Assembly (NCBI GenBank): GCA_041398325.1
Contig: JAWKUX010000014.1
Span: forward strand, 20,596-84,595
Source of the DNA: Hyphomonadaceae bacterium
GTDB taxonomy: Bacteria > Pseudomonadota > Alphaproteobacteria > Caulobacterales > Aquidulcibacteraceae
Reading direction: 5' to 3'
Length of the DNA stretch: 64,000 nucleotides
Part shown: positions 9,084 through 17,977 of the stretch, piece by piece
Layout: each line of letters opens with the position of its first letter
How positions within the stretch are numbered: the first letter of the stretch is position 1
The notes under the pieces: generated by a model
The model's input: only the letters and a program-made list of their open reading frames with translations
Databases searched by the model: none
Told to the model about the DNA's origin: nothing
Translations under genes and position numbers: made by a program

Positions 9084-9877
9084 GTGGCCGTTTCCGCCGC
9101 ACTGGCCTATTCGACCGTCAGCGGAGATTTACTGGCGCCCCTGGTCAGGGTCGAGCCTCTTCGCGCCGTTCCGTACCTGGGCTCAGCGCTCATCTCGCTC
9201 GGAGACGCGTTTGCTTTGGTTGTCCTCGTCGCGCTCGCCGCAGGAAGATCGCCACGATTGGCGATTAGCCAAGCGGGCCTGCAGGCCTCAATTAGCAAGC
9301 CGGCTCTGTGGGCGCTTATTTGGCTGGTCCCTGCAATTGCAGTTGGGATGGCGTTCGCGAAAATTGCGACTGACGTGCACCCTTCCGACATCGCGTGGGC
9401 GGGCGTCGGTGGCCCGATCGCGGAGGAATTTGTCTATCGTGGACTGGCGCTGGGCGTCCTTATTCGCTGGTGCGGTTGGCCAATCTGGTTGGCGTGCATC
9501 TGGCCGGCTGTCTTCTTTGGCGCTGCCCATTTCGCCCAGGGAGAAGATTGGGGCAGCGTCGCTGGCATCGTGGCAATCACAGGCTTGGGTGGAGTTCTTT
9601 TCGGCTGGCTGTTTGTGCGATGGCGCTTCAACGCTGGCCGGCAATCCTCTTGCACGTCGGCCTGAATACAATCTGGCTGTTGTTCGACCTTGGGGAAAAC
9701 GCGCTCGGCGGTTGGCTCGGAAACGTCCTGCGTTTGACCGTCATCGCTATTGCGGTCGGAGCGACGTTTTGGCTGGCGCCCGCGCGCGGGCCAAGGCCGC
9801 CAGCTAGGCAAATTCCAGTTCTCGCGTGCATCGCAAGGAGTGGCATCAGTCTGCAATGGGCCAGAAACGGCCCTTAG
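9084..9877 (+). pseudogene. CPBP family intramembrane metalloprotease (CAAX protease-like), frameshifted near 9628-9635
   Basis: EEFVYRG (motif 1) and FFGAAHF (motif 2) are in the 8997 frame. The HVGLN region (motif 3) is in the 9395 frame. A 1-nt indel is implied. Start uncertain (GTG 9084). Confidence 0.5.
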
Positions 9878-11109
9878 CTCCGATAGTCGCCGTTGATTTC
9901 GACGTAGCGTTTGGTGAGGTCGCAGGTGAACATTTTGGCGCGGCCTTGGCCGGGGCCGACGGTGACGCTGATTTCTAGTTCGTCGCCTTTCATGTAGGCG
10001 CTCATCGCGGCTTCGTCGTAGTCGTCGGAGATCATGCCGTTGCGGGCGGCGTGAAGCGTGCCGAAGCGGACGCCGATCATCTCGCGCTTCACTGGCTGAT
10101 CGCTGCGGCCGATGGCCATGACGATGCGGCCCCAGTTCGCGTCTTCACCGGCGATGGCGGTCTTCACCAGCGGGCTTTCGCAGATGGTGCGGGCGATGGC
10201 TTTCGCGGAGGCGTCGTTGGCGGCGCCTTCGACATTGACGGTGACGAGCTTTGTTGCGCCTTCGCCGTCGCGCACAATCTGGATGGCGAGATCGACCAGC
10301 ACTTTGCTGAGCGCGGCGCGGAAATCGCTGAGGCGCTCGTCGTTGGCGTCCGGGATCGGTGGCACGTTTGATTGGCCGGTGGCGAAGAGCAGCACGCAAT
10401 CGTTGGTGGAGCGGTCGCCGTCGACGGTGATTGAGTTGAAGCTGGTTTCGGTTTCTTGGCGCAGCAGCGTCTTCAGGATCGGTGCGGATAGGGCGGCGTC
10501 GGTGAAGACGAAGGCGAGCATGGTGGCCATGTCGGGCGCGATCATGCCGGAGCCTTTGGCGATGCCGGCGATGCGCACTTCGACGTCGCCGATCTTGCAG
10601 GTGGCGCCTGAGCCTTTGGGGAAGGTGTCCGTCGTCATGATCGCGGCGGCGGCTTCGGGCCAGCTCACCGGCGCGAGCGTCATGCCGGGAAGTGCTGCGG
10701 CGATCTTTGAATCATCCAGCACCACGCCGATCACGCCAGTGGAGGCCGAGAGCATTTCGCGCGGTTCGACTTCGAGCTTTTCGGCGGCGGCTTCGAGCGA
10801 ACGTTTGCAGGCGGCGTCGCCAGCGGGGCCGGTGAAGGAATTGGCGCAGCCGGCGTTGACGAGCAGCCCGCGTGAGCCGCCGCGCGTGGCGGAGAGCGCT
10901 TGCTTGCACCAATCGGTTGGCGCGGAGCCGACGGCGTTTGAGGTGAAGACGCCCGCGGCCTTCGTGCCCTTGGCGCAGCGGATCAGCAGCAGATCGGGGC
11001 GCTCGTGCTTGTAGAAGCCGGCGCGACCGATCGCGGCTTCGATGCCGGCGATCTCGGGCAGATCGGGAAAGTGCGCGGGCGCGAGCGGGCTGATTTTGTC
11101 AGGCTTCAT
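9874..11109 (-). CDS. argJ: Bifunctional glutamate N-acetyltransferase/amino-acid acetyltransferase
   Basis: ATML autoprocessing site (GMIAPDMATMLAFVFTDA) and ArgJ family signature. ATG verified at 11107-11109. Confidence 0.9.
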   Translation of the reverse strand: MKPDKISPLAPAHFPDLPEIAGIEAAIGRAGFYKHERPDLLLIRCAKGTKAAGVFTSNAVGSAPTDWCKQALSATRGGSRGLLVNAGCANSFTGPAGDAACKRSLEAAAEKLEVEPREMLSASTGVIGVVLDDSKIAAALPGMTLAPVSWPEAAAAIMTTDTFPKGSGATCKIGDVEVRIAGIAKGSGMIAPDMATMLAFVFTDAALSAPILKTLLRQETETSFNSITVDGDRSTNDCVLLFATGQSNVPPIPDANDERLSDFRAALSKVLVDLAIQIVRDGEGATKLVTVNVEGAANDASAKAIARTICESPLVKTAIAGEDANWGRIVMAIGRSDQPVKREMIGVRFGTLHAARNGMISDDYDEAAMSAYMKGDELEISVTVGPGQGRAKMFTCDLTKRYVEINGDYRS

Positions 11110-11368
11110 GCTGTTGCCTGTAGTGCGTGGCGTCGTGCTTCGACAAGCTCGGCCTGACGACCAATTTGCATGGGATGCGCTAAGAAGAGTGTGTGCCACC
11201 CTCCGGCGTCAGCCTGAGCTAGTCGAAGGCGGAAGGCAGGCGCACGGTGACCCGATGCCTTCCGAGTGGGCGGAGGTGCAAAGATTGGCGCACTTGAAGA
11301 GCGGTGCTTGGCGTCGCCCTTCGACAGGCTCAGGGTGACGCCATCTTCGCCGTCCCAGCAAACGCCAA

Positions 11369-11600
11369 TTATTCCGTGCCGCCAGTTGTTTCCTGCTGCG
11401 CCGGTTGCGCGGCGGGCTGTTGCGCTGGCGGGCGCTGCTGCTGAGCTGGCGGGCTCTGCGCCGGGGCCGGTGACTGCATCGGGTTTGGCGGCGCGCCGCC
11501 GCCGCCCATCGGGAACGGGAAGGGCGGTGCATTCGCATCCGGTGTCGGCGTGGTGGGCGCTGTTGGCGTCGGCTCGGCGTCTTCTGGCGCCGTGACTTCG
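11369..11600. repeat. Low-complexity Pro/Gln/Ala-rich coding repeat (C-terminal tail of the PPIase)
   Basis: ...PTPTAPTTPTPDANAPPFPFPMGGGGAPPNPMQSPAPAQSPPAQQQRPPAQQPAAQPAQQ. Confidence 0.6.
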
Positions 11601-12463
11601 CCGGCCGGCTCCATGCCTTCTTCAGGCTGACGCAGACGCTCGATGCGCGCATCACGCTGCAGGCGCTCTTCGAGCTGCATCACCTCTTGGTAGCGCAGCC
11701 AGTTGATGATTTGCGGCCGCAACGTTTCCAGGCTTTGCACGCCAACGGCACGGCGGTCCAGCAGTTGGAAGATGTGCCAGTGACCTTCGATCTCGATCGG
11801 GCCGATCAAGTTGCCGATGGTGGTGCTCTCGACTTCCTGGCGCATGGTGGTGGTGAGGTCGCTGATCGAGCTGAAGCCCAGATCGCCGCCGTCACCGCTG
11901 GTGTTTTGCTCGAAAGCGATCACTTCAAATCGTTCGCCCTGATCCAGCCGTCTTTTGGCCTGATCGGCGGCTTCCCGTGTTGGGAACACGATGTGACGCA
12001 GATGGACTTCCTCGCCCTGACCCAGCCGGCTCGCATTGTCGCGGTAGAGACGCTCGATGGCTTCGGGGTCGGTCGCGCGCGCGTCAATCTCTTCGTAGAT
12101 CGAGGCAGCGAGCACGCGTTCGCGGGCGTTTTCGATCTGGCGGCGCACGTCGGCGCGGCGATCAATGCCGCGGGCCTCGGCCTCCATAGCGAAGAGGCGC
12201 ATCTGGATGAGTTCTTCGAGCGCCAGATAGAAGGGGTCGGAATTGGCGTCCAAATCCTCGGTTTCGCGCAGCCAGCCGCGCGCTACGGCATAGGTGCGGA
12301 CGTCTTCGATATAGATGGGCCGGCCGTTCACGGTGGCCGCGACGATGGGGTCAGCGCCGCCTTGGTTGTCGCCGCTCGAGTCGCGTCCCAATCCGCAGCC
12401 GACCAAAGTCAGTGCCGCGGCGAAAAGAACCGCCGGAAGAATGGGCCGCTTCAGGGTTGCCAT
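11369..12463 (-). CDS. Peptidyl-prolyl cis-trans isomerase, parvulin (PpiC) domain, SurA-like lipoprotein with Pro/Gln/Ala-rich C-terminal tail
   Basis: Lipoprotein signal (LTLVGCG) and a PpiC domain region (HLRHIVF...GGDLGF). The C-terminal ~90 aa are low-complexity P/Q/A. Confidence 0.8.
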   Translation of the reverse strand: MATLKRPILPAVLFAAALTLVGCGLGRDSSGDNQGGADPIVAATVNGRPIYIEDVRTYAVARGWLRETEDLDANSDPFYLALEELIQMRLFAMEAEARGIDRRADVRRQIENARERVLAASIYEEIDARATDPEAIERLYRDNASRLGQGEEVHLRHIVFPTREAADQAKRRLDQGERFEVIAFEQNTSGDGGDLGFSSISDLTTTMRQEVESTTIGNLIGPIEIEGHWHIFQLLDRRAVGVQSLETLRPQIINWLRYQEVMQLEERLQRDARIERLRQPEEGMEPAGEVTAPEDAEPTPTAPTTPTPDANAPPFPFPMGGGGAPPNPMQSPAPAQSPPAQQQRPPAQQPAAQPAQQETTGGTE

Positions 12464-12696
12464 GCGTTCTGCTTTCCCGACAAAGGCGCGTGCAAAGAGT
12501 GCGCCCACGAACACGTTCTGTGGGCCGCATTGACACGCCCAGAGGCCGCTCTTAAGTCTCGAAAGCGCACGTGTCGAGGGTGTTTTCGCACGCGAGCGCG
12601 CGTCAGTGGGACGATAAAAAGCCAATTAACTCAAAGCGCTAGACGCTCCTCTCCGCGCCCACTGCCAAGCGGCGCCTTAACCATTAGAACGTGCAA

Positions 12697-15402
12697 ATGC
12701 TGAACCTCGCCAAGCAGATTTTCGGCTCCGTCAACGAGCGCAAGGTGCGCCACTTGAAGCCGATGGTTCAGCGCATCAATGCGCTGGAGCCCACCTTCGA
12801 GGCACTCTCGGACGAAGCTCTCCGAAATAAGACAAGCGAGTATCGCCACCGCCTGGCCCGGGGCGGCAAGATTGATGAAGTGCTGCCTGAAGCGTTCGCG
12901 ACTGTCCGCGAGGCCGGAAAACGCGTGCTCGGCATGCGCCACTTCGACGTGCAGTTGATGGGCGGCATGATGCTGCACCAGGGCAAGATCGCCGAAATGC
13001 GCACAGGCGAGGGCAAGACGCTGGTCGCGACCCTGCCGACCTACCTGAACGCGCTTGAGAGCCGCGGCGTCCACGTCATCACCGTCAACGACTACCTCGC
13101 CAAGCGCGACAGCGAGTGGATGGGCCAAGTCTATCGCTTCCTCGGCCTCAGCGTCGGCGTCATCGTTCACGGGCTTTACGACAACGAGCGCCGCCAGGCG
13201 TACGCGGCGGACGTCACCTACGGCACGAACAACGAGTTTGGCTTCGACTATCTGCGCGACAACATGAAGTACTCGCTGGGCGAGATGGTTCAGCGCGGCC
13301 ACCGGTACGCGATCGTCGACGAAGTCGACTCGATCCTGATTGACGAAGCGCGCACGCCGCTCATCATCTCGGGCCCAACCGAGGACCGCAGCGAGTTCTA
13401 CAAGTCGGTCGATGCGATCATCCCGCTGCTGCGGCCTGAGCACTTCGAGCATGACGAGAAGCAACGTTCGGTGACGTTCACAGAGGCGGGCTCGGAGCGC
13501 ATCGAGGAAATGCTGGTCGAGCGTGGCCTGCTGCAGGGCTCGCTCTACGAGCCCGCGAACATCACCATCGTCCACCATGCCAACCAGGCGCTGCGCGCGC
13601 ACAAGCTGTTCACGCGCGACAAGGACTACATCGTCAAAGACACCGAAGTTGTTCTGATCGACGAATTCACCGGTCGCATGATGGCTGGCCGTCGTTTGTC
13701 GGAAGGTCTGCACCAGGCGATCGAAGCCAAGGAAGGCGTGCAGATCCAGCCCGAGAACCAGACGCTCGCGTCGATCACGTTCCAGAACTACTTCCGCCTC
13801 TACGACAAACTCGGCGGCATGACCGGTACGGCGTCGACCGAAGCCGCCGAATTCGGCGACATCTATAAGCTCGATGTCGTTGAGGTGCCGACCAACCGTC
13901 CCGTGAAGCGCGAGGACGCGGACGATGAAGTTTATCGGACGGCGCGCGAAAAATACAAAGCCGTCATAGCCGACATTGAAGAGACGCACCGTCGCCAGCA
14001 ACCGGTGCTCGTCGGCACGGTGTCGATCGAGAAGTCGGAATTCCTCTCGAATATGCTGAAGCAGCGCGGCATCCCGCACCAGGTGCTGAACGCGCGCTAC
14101 CACGAGCAAGAAGCGCAGATCGTTGCGCAAGCCGGCGTGCCGGGCGCGGTGACGATCGCCACAAACATGGCTGGCCGCGGCACCGACATTCAACTCGGCG
14201 GCAACGTCGACATGCGTTTGAAGGCGGCGCTGAAGGGCGATGAGACGCCTGACCAGATTGCGCAGCTGAAGCGCCAGATCACGGTCGACATCGAGCAGAA
14301 GAAACGCGTCGCGCTGGAAGCGGGCGGCCTTTACGTGCTCGGCACCGAGCGCCACGAAAGCCGCCGCATTGATAACCAGCTGCGCGGCCGTACCGGCCGT
14401 CAGGGCGACCCTGGCAAGTCGAAATTCTACATCTGCCTTGAGGACGATTTGCTGCGCATCTTCGCGGCCGAGCGTCTGGACGCCATCATGCGCAGCCTCG
14501 GTATCCAAGAGGGTGAGGCGATCATTCACCCGTGGATGAACAAGGCGCTCGAAACGTCGCAACGCCGCGTCGAACAGCGCAACTTCGAAATCCGCAAGAA
14601 CCTGCTGAAGTACGACGACGTTATCAACGATCAGCGCAAGGCGATCTTCGAGCAGCGCATCGAGTTCATGCGCACCGCCGATGTCGCGCCGATCGTGAAG
14701 GATATGCGCCACGACGTGGTCGAAAAGCTCGTTTGGCGGCACATGCCAGAGAAGGCGTATCCGGAGCAATGGAATACGCCGGAGCTGATGACGGAAGCGG
14801 AAGAGATTTTCGGCTTCACCACGCCGGTTGATGCATGGGCGCGCGAAGAAGGTATTGCGCAGCAAGAGATCATTGAGCGCCTGACGCGCGAAGTGGATCA
14901 AGCATACGCGCAGAAGGCTGCGATGCTCGGGCCGGAGCGCCTGCGCGCGGTTGAGAAGCAGGTCCTGCTCAGCGTCGTCGACATGCGTTGGCGCGAGCAC
15001 TTGTCGTTCCTGGATCACCTGCGTTCGGTCATCCATTTGCGTGGCTACGCGCAGCGCGATCCGCTGAACGAGTTCAAGACCGAAGCGTTCACGCTATTTG
15101 AGCGTATGCTCCTGGACCTGCGCACGACGATCACGCGAATGTTGCTGCGTCTGCAAATCGGCCAGGCCGACGAAGCAGCGCTGGCGCCGCGCGCGCCGAC
15201 GCAGACCTACGAGGAGCACCGCAACTTCGATACTGGCGAAAACGAAATGGCGCGCCGCGAGGACATTCCATCGCTCGCGCCGGACGGTTTCGACCGGAAC
15301 AATCCGACGACGTGGGGCAAGGTCTCGCGCAACGCGCCGTGTCCGTGCGGCTCAGGCAAGAAGTTCAAGTATTGCCACGGCCAAGAGGCCGCGACCGCTT
15401 AG
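12697..15402 (+). CDS. secA: Preprotein translocase ATPase SecA
   Basis: [17 protein letters not shown]..., Walker A (MRTGEGKT), C-terminal zinc finger ([14 protein letters not shown]). ATG at 12697; the track ORF begins at GTG 12691. Confidence 0.95.
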   Translation: MLNLAKQIFGSVNERKVRHLKPMVQRINALEPTFEALSDEALRNKTSEYRHRLARGGKIDEVLPEAFATVREAGKRVLGMRHFDVQLMGGMMLHQGKIAEMRTGEGKTLVATLPTYLNALESRGVHVITVNDYLAKRDSEWMGQVYRFLGLSVGVIVHGLYDNERRQAYAADVTYGTNNEFGFDYLRDNMKYSLGEMVQRGHRYAIVDEVDSILIDEARTPLIISGPTEDRSEFYKSVDAIIPLLRPEHFEHDEKQRSVTFTEAGSERIEEMLVERGLLQGSLYEPANITIVHHANQALRAHKLFTRDKDYIVKDTEVVLIDEFTGRMMAGRRLSEGLHQAIEAKEGVQIQPENQTLASITFQNYFRLYDKLGGMTGTASTEAAEFGDIYKLDVVEVPTNRPVKREDADDEVYRTAREKYKAVIADIEETHRRQQPVLVGTVSIEKSEFLSNMLKQRGIPHQVLNARYHEQEAQIVAQAGVPGAVTIATNMAGRGTDIQLGGNVDMRLKAALKGDETPDQIAQLKRQITVDIEQKKRVALEAGGLYVLGTERHESRRIDNQLRGRTGRQGDPGKSKFYICLEDDLLRIFAAERLDAIMRSLGIQEGEAIIHPWMNKALETSQRRVEQRNFEIRKNLLKYDDVINDQRKAIFEQRIEFMRTADVAPIVKDMRHDVVEKLVWRHMPEKAYPEQWNTPELMTEAEEIFGFTTPVDAWAREEGIAQQEIIERLTREVDQAYAQKAAMLGPERLRAVEKQVLLSVVDMRWREHLSFLDHLRSVIHLRGYAQRDPLNEFKTEAFTLFERMLLDLRTTITRMLLRLQIGQADEAALAPRAPTQTYEEHRNFDTGENEMARREDIPSLAPDGFDRNNPTTWGKVSRNAPCPCGSGKKFKYCHGQEAATA
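15369..15401. repeat. 33-bp direct repeat copy 1 (secA 3' end, attL-like)
   Basis: gtattgccacggccaagaggccgcgaccgctta is identical to 17111..17143. Confidence 0.75.
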
Positions 15403-15427
15403 GGGCCACGATTTAAAAGACATTTAA

Positions 15428-15472
15428 CGGTTGTCCGACACAGTCTGACGATGTCAGACAGTGTCGGACAAC
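15428..15472. other. 45-bp near-perfect palindrome (21-bp arms, 3-nt loop, one mismatch) immediately downstream of secA/attL
   Basis: ggttgtccgacacagtctgac-gat-gtcagacagtgtcggacaacc, with no following T-run. Confidence 0.45.
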
Positions 15473-15525
15473 CAGTGAGGATCCCAAAATGAGTCTTCCG
15501 AATCTGCCTCAGCCGCGCCCTGTCG

Positions 15526-16992
15526 TCATTCCGCGTCGGAAACGGACATCGTAATTTCCGAAACGTCGAAGTAACGGCGCCAACCCGCCTCCAGCCGCCA
15601 CTCCAAGCACGCATTAGCGGCCATTGCCTCGGTTTGGGGCGCCACTCCGACTGACGCGACGCATTTTTCGATGCCTCTACGTATGGCCTCGCGTGTCGAG
15701 CCAAAAACAATTTCAAGAAGTCCTTCGGCGTCCATCAAGGCTGATGCGATGTTGGGCAGAGTCTTGATCTTGGGGTCGCTTAAGCACTCGCGGCATTCAT
15801 GCTCGATCTTGCTCCGCTTGGACTCACTCGCCGTTGGTAAGAGTAGCTCCATGTCGAGCAGATGGCTCATTCGATTGAAGCGCACGTACGCCAAGTCGCT
15901 TTGTGCGAGGCTTGCGGCTTTGGGGTCCGCAAGCGGCGCGCTCAGATCGCGAATTAATTGGTCCGAGAAGTGGATTGCCTTTCGCAAGTCGCCAGCGACG
16001 TAGAATGTGAACGGGATTTGGAGTGTTAGCCGCTTCTTTTCGTTGGTCCAGGGCTCATCCCGCAGCAGGCGCACGAACCGCTCAGCGTGTATGCCGATGA
16101 ATTTTGACAGATCGCCAAGTCTACGCCCGCTTCCGGCCCGTGTTGCTAGCAGCCAGGCATGCTTCACGTCATCAACGTGTTGATCTCCAAGGGCGGCTAC
16201 CTCCTCCATTAGCTTCTCTATTCGTCCGCTTCCGATCGTCTCGGTCTCTGCTTGTTTGCGCAACGCATCAATCTTCTTCCAGAGTTTGGTGATCTTTCGG
16301 TTCTTGAGATCCAACAGTGGCTCGATGTCCGCCGAAGACTCCGTGAAGAACTGTTCGCAACTCGCGTCGAACGCTCGCGTCTCGAGCATGTGACGCGACC
16401 AAATCATGTTGCGCACAGAAATGCTCTGTTGCTCGATGCCATCCAATGTCATTCCCACGGCAGTGACAAGGCGGGGAATTCTGGAGTTGAGGTTGCCTCC
16501 GGGCTTGTAGGTAAGGTCATGCATCTTCGACGCCCAGGCGTCATGGAGCACGGTCTTGACTTGTACCTCACATAGGAAGTCATCATTTGATGCGAAGGTT
16601 TGGTGAGTTGCGTAGTAACCTTCGATTTTTGGCTCTGCTTGCGCGACGGCGCGCACCCCAATGCGTCGTAGATCAGACTCAAGGACACGTAGAACGTCGA
16701 GTGGCTGATCCGGATATTGCACGACAATCGTGAGTCCTACGATATCGTGGAGCCGTTTTATTTTCCCGTCATCGAGCGGAAGTTGATCGTACAGTTTGTC
16801 AAAGATCTTTGAGGCGTCTTTGATCTCCGAATCGTTCTGCTTTTCCTTTCGGGAGTAGATGCGATAAATGTAATTGGCCCCCATTTGCCGTTTCAGGTTC
16901 TTGGCTGTCGTTCTGATTTTGTCGAGGAGATCTTCGTAGCTTCTAGTGTGACGATGCAAGAATGCTTCGATGATCATAAGATCGTTGGACAT
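15526..16992 (-). CDS. RelA/SpoT-like (p)ppGpp-synthetase-fold nucleotidyltransferase fused to a ~290-aa unknown C-terminal domain (candidate toxSAS/CapRel-like)
   Basis: Motifs DIVGLTIVV, GYYATHQTF and EVQVKTVLHDAWASKMHDLTYK match the Rel synthetase signatures (GYRSLH, EIQIRTxxMxxWAExxHxxYK). Low-GC codon usage. 488 aa. Confidence 0.6.
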   Translation of the reverse strand: MSNDLMIIEAFLHRHTRSYEDLLDKIRTTAKNLKRQMGANYIYRIYSRKEKQNDSEIKDASKIFDKLYDQLPLDDGKIKRLHDIVGLTIVVQYPDQPLDVLRVLESDLRRIGVRAVAQAEPKIEGYYATHQTFASNDDFLCEVQVKTVLHDAWASKMHDLTYKPGGNLNSRIPRLVTAVGMTLDGIEQQSISVRNMIWSRHMLETRAFDASCEQFFTESSADIEPLLDLKNRKITKLWKKIDALRKQAETETIGSGRIEKLMEEVAALGDQHVDDVKHAWLLATRAGSGRRLGDLSKFIGIHAERFVRLLRDEPWTNEKKRLTLQIPFTFYVAGDLRKAIHFSDQLIRDLSAPLADPKAASLAQSDLAYVRFNRMSHLLDMELLLPTASESKRSKIEHECRECLSDPKIKTLPNIASALMDAEGLLEIVFGSTREAIRRGIEKCVASVGVAPQTEAMAANACLEWRLEAGWRRYFDVSEITMSVSDAE

Positions 16993-17110
16993 GGCTCGCG
17001 CCTAGCCTTCCTTTGGGTGTTTCCGGGCACACTATTGAAGCTTGCTGTTTTGTACAGCTTTGGTGTGCGGGAGCGGCGCTGGGGATCGCTTTCCTGTTTC
17101 GAGAGCCTTC

Positions 17111-17143
17111 GTATTGCCACGGCCAAGAGGCCGCGACCGCTTA
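17111..17143. repeat. 33-bp direct repeat copy 2 (attR-like)
   Basis: Identical to 15369..15401. Its last 3 nt (TTA) form the stop codon of the convergent gene 17141..17977. Confidence 0.75.
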
Positions 17144-17977
17144 ACGCCGCGAGGGCTGGAAGGTGAGCGGCTGATCCGTTGGGATCGCGCTTGTGATCCG
17201 GTAGGTCAGCGCGCCATCGGCTAACGATTGCAGCTCGATCTGCGCGCCATTGAAGGCGAGCGTGCGCGGCATGTTGGCCGCTTGCACAGAGTCGCGCTGA
17301 TCGCTGATCGCCACGGCAGCGTCGCCTTCGCGTGAGCGCAGATCAACAATTGCTGTTTCGCCAACAATGCGCGCTGTGAGTTCGAGTTCAACCGGCGCAA
17401 TACGGTGTGTTTGCAGAGGCGTGTATGGCGCCGGAGAGGGGATGGGGCTGACCGAGATCGTCACTGCGCCGCCGCTGATATGCGGCGTGGCCGGCGTTTC
17501 CCAGGCGCCGCTGACGGCGCGCGTTGGTGTGACATTGAGCTGAATGAAGGCCAGGTGGTCGAAAACGCGATCGCCATTGCCATCGGCAAGGCACGCGCGC
17601 GTGATGAGCGGCGGGCGGATGGGGCTGTAGGTCGTTGTCTCCCTCTGCACAGCGCAGAAGAGACGAAGGTCGCGTCGCTGCACGAGCAGAAGCGGAAAGA
17701 GTTCCGTCCCTGGCGCGATCGCTAGCGAGATCGAAGCGTTGCCCACCGGGATCGATCCTGCGACCGGCGCATCAACGCGGACGACGCCGATGACGTTCGC
17801 TTGCTGCGTCAGCAGAGCGGTTGTTCCAGTTGCTGTTTGCGGTTCGGTGCTGATTTCGACGGGCTGCGGCGCCAGAACTGGCGTGGCGGCGTCGCTCACC
17901 GTTTGCGGCGGCGTCGTTTGCGCCATGAGTAGTGGCGCGAGCAGCAGCGTGGCCAGTCCTGGCATGCGGCGTTTCAT
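17141..17977 (-). CDS. Secreted hypothetical protein (signal peptide)
   Basis: MKRRMPGLATLLLAPLLMAQ signal peptide with GGAG upstream. Thr/Pro-rich mature protein. Confidence 0.55.
   Translation of the reverse strand: MKRRMPGLATLLLAPLLMAQTTPPQTVSDAATPVLAPQPVEISTEPQTATGTTALLTQQANVIGVVRVDAPVAGSIPVGNASISLAIAPGTELFPLLLVQRRDLRLFCAVQRETTTYSPIRPPLITRACLADGNGDRVFDHLAFIQLNVTPTRAVSGAWETPATPHISGGAVTISVSPIPSPAPYTPLQTHRIAPVELELTARIVGETAIVDLRSREGDAAVAISDQRDSVQAANMPRTLAFNGAQIELQSLADGALTYRITSAIPTDQPLTFQPSRR

Larger units (their letters stand above)
15402..17143. mobile_element. Putative integrated islet (~1.7 kb, lower GC) inserted at the secA 3' end, bounded by 33-bp direct repeats. No integrase present.
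   Basis: Perfect direct repeats at 15369-15401 and 17111-17143. GC drops to ~50% versus ~65% in the flanks. The single cargo gene is on the minus strand. Confidence 0.5.

Noticed and set aside
12631-15036. 801-aa ORF antisense to secA
   Set aside because: It overlaps secA completely on the opposite strand. This is the typical spurious long antisense ORF in high-GC DNA.
15402-15526. Integron attC-like site after secA
   Set aside because: The palindrome lacks the R''/L''-L'/R' core (GTTRRRY) organisation. No intI or cassette array is nearby.
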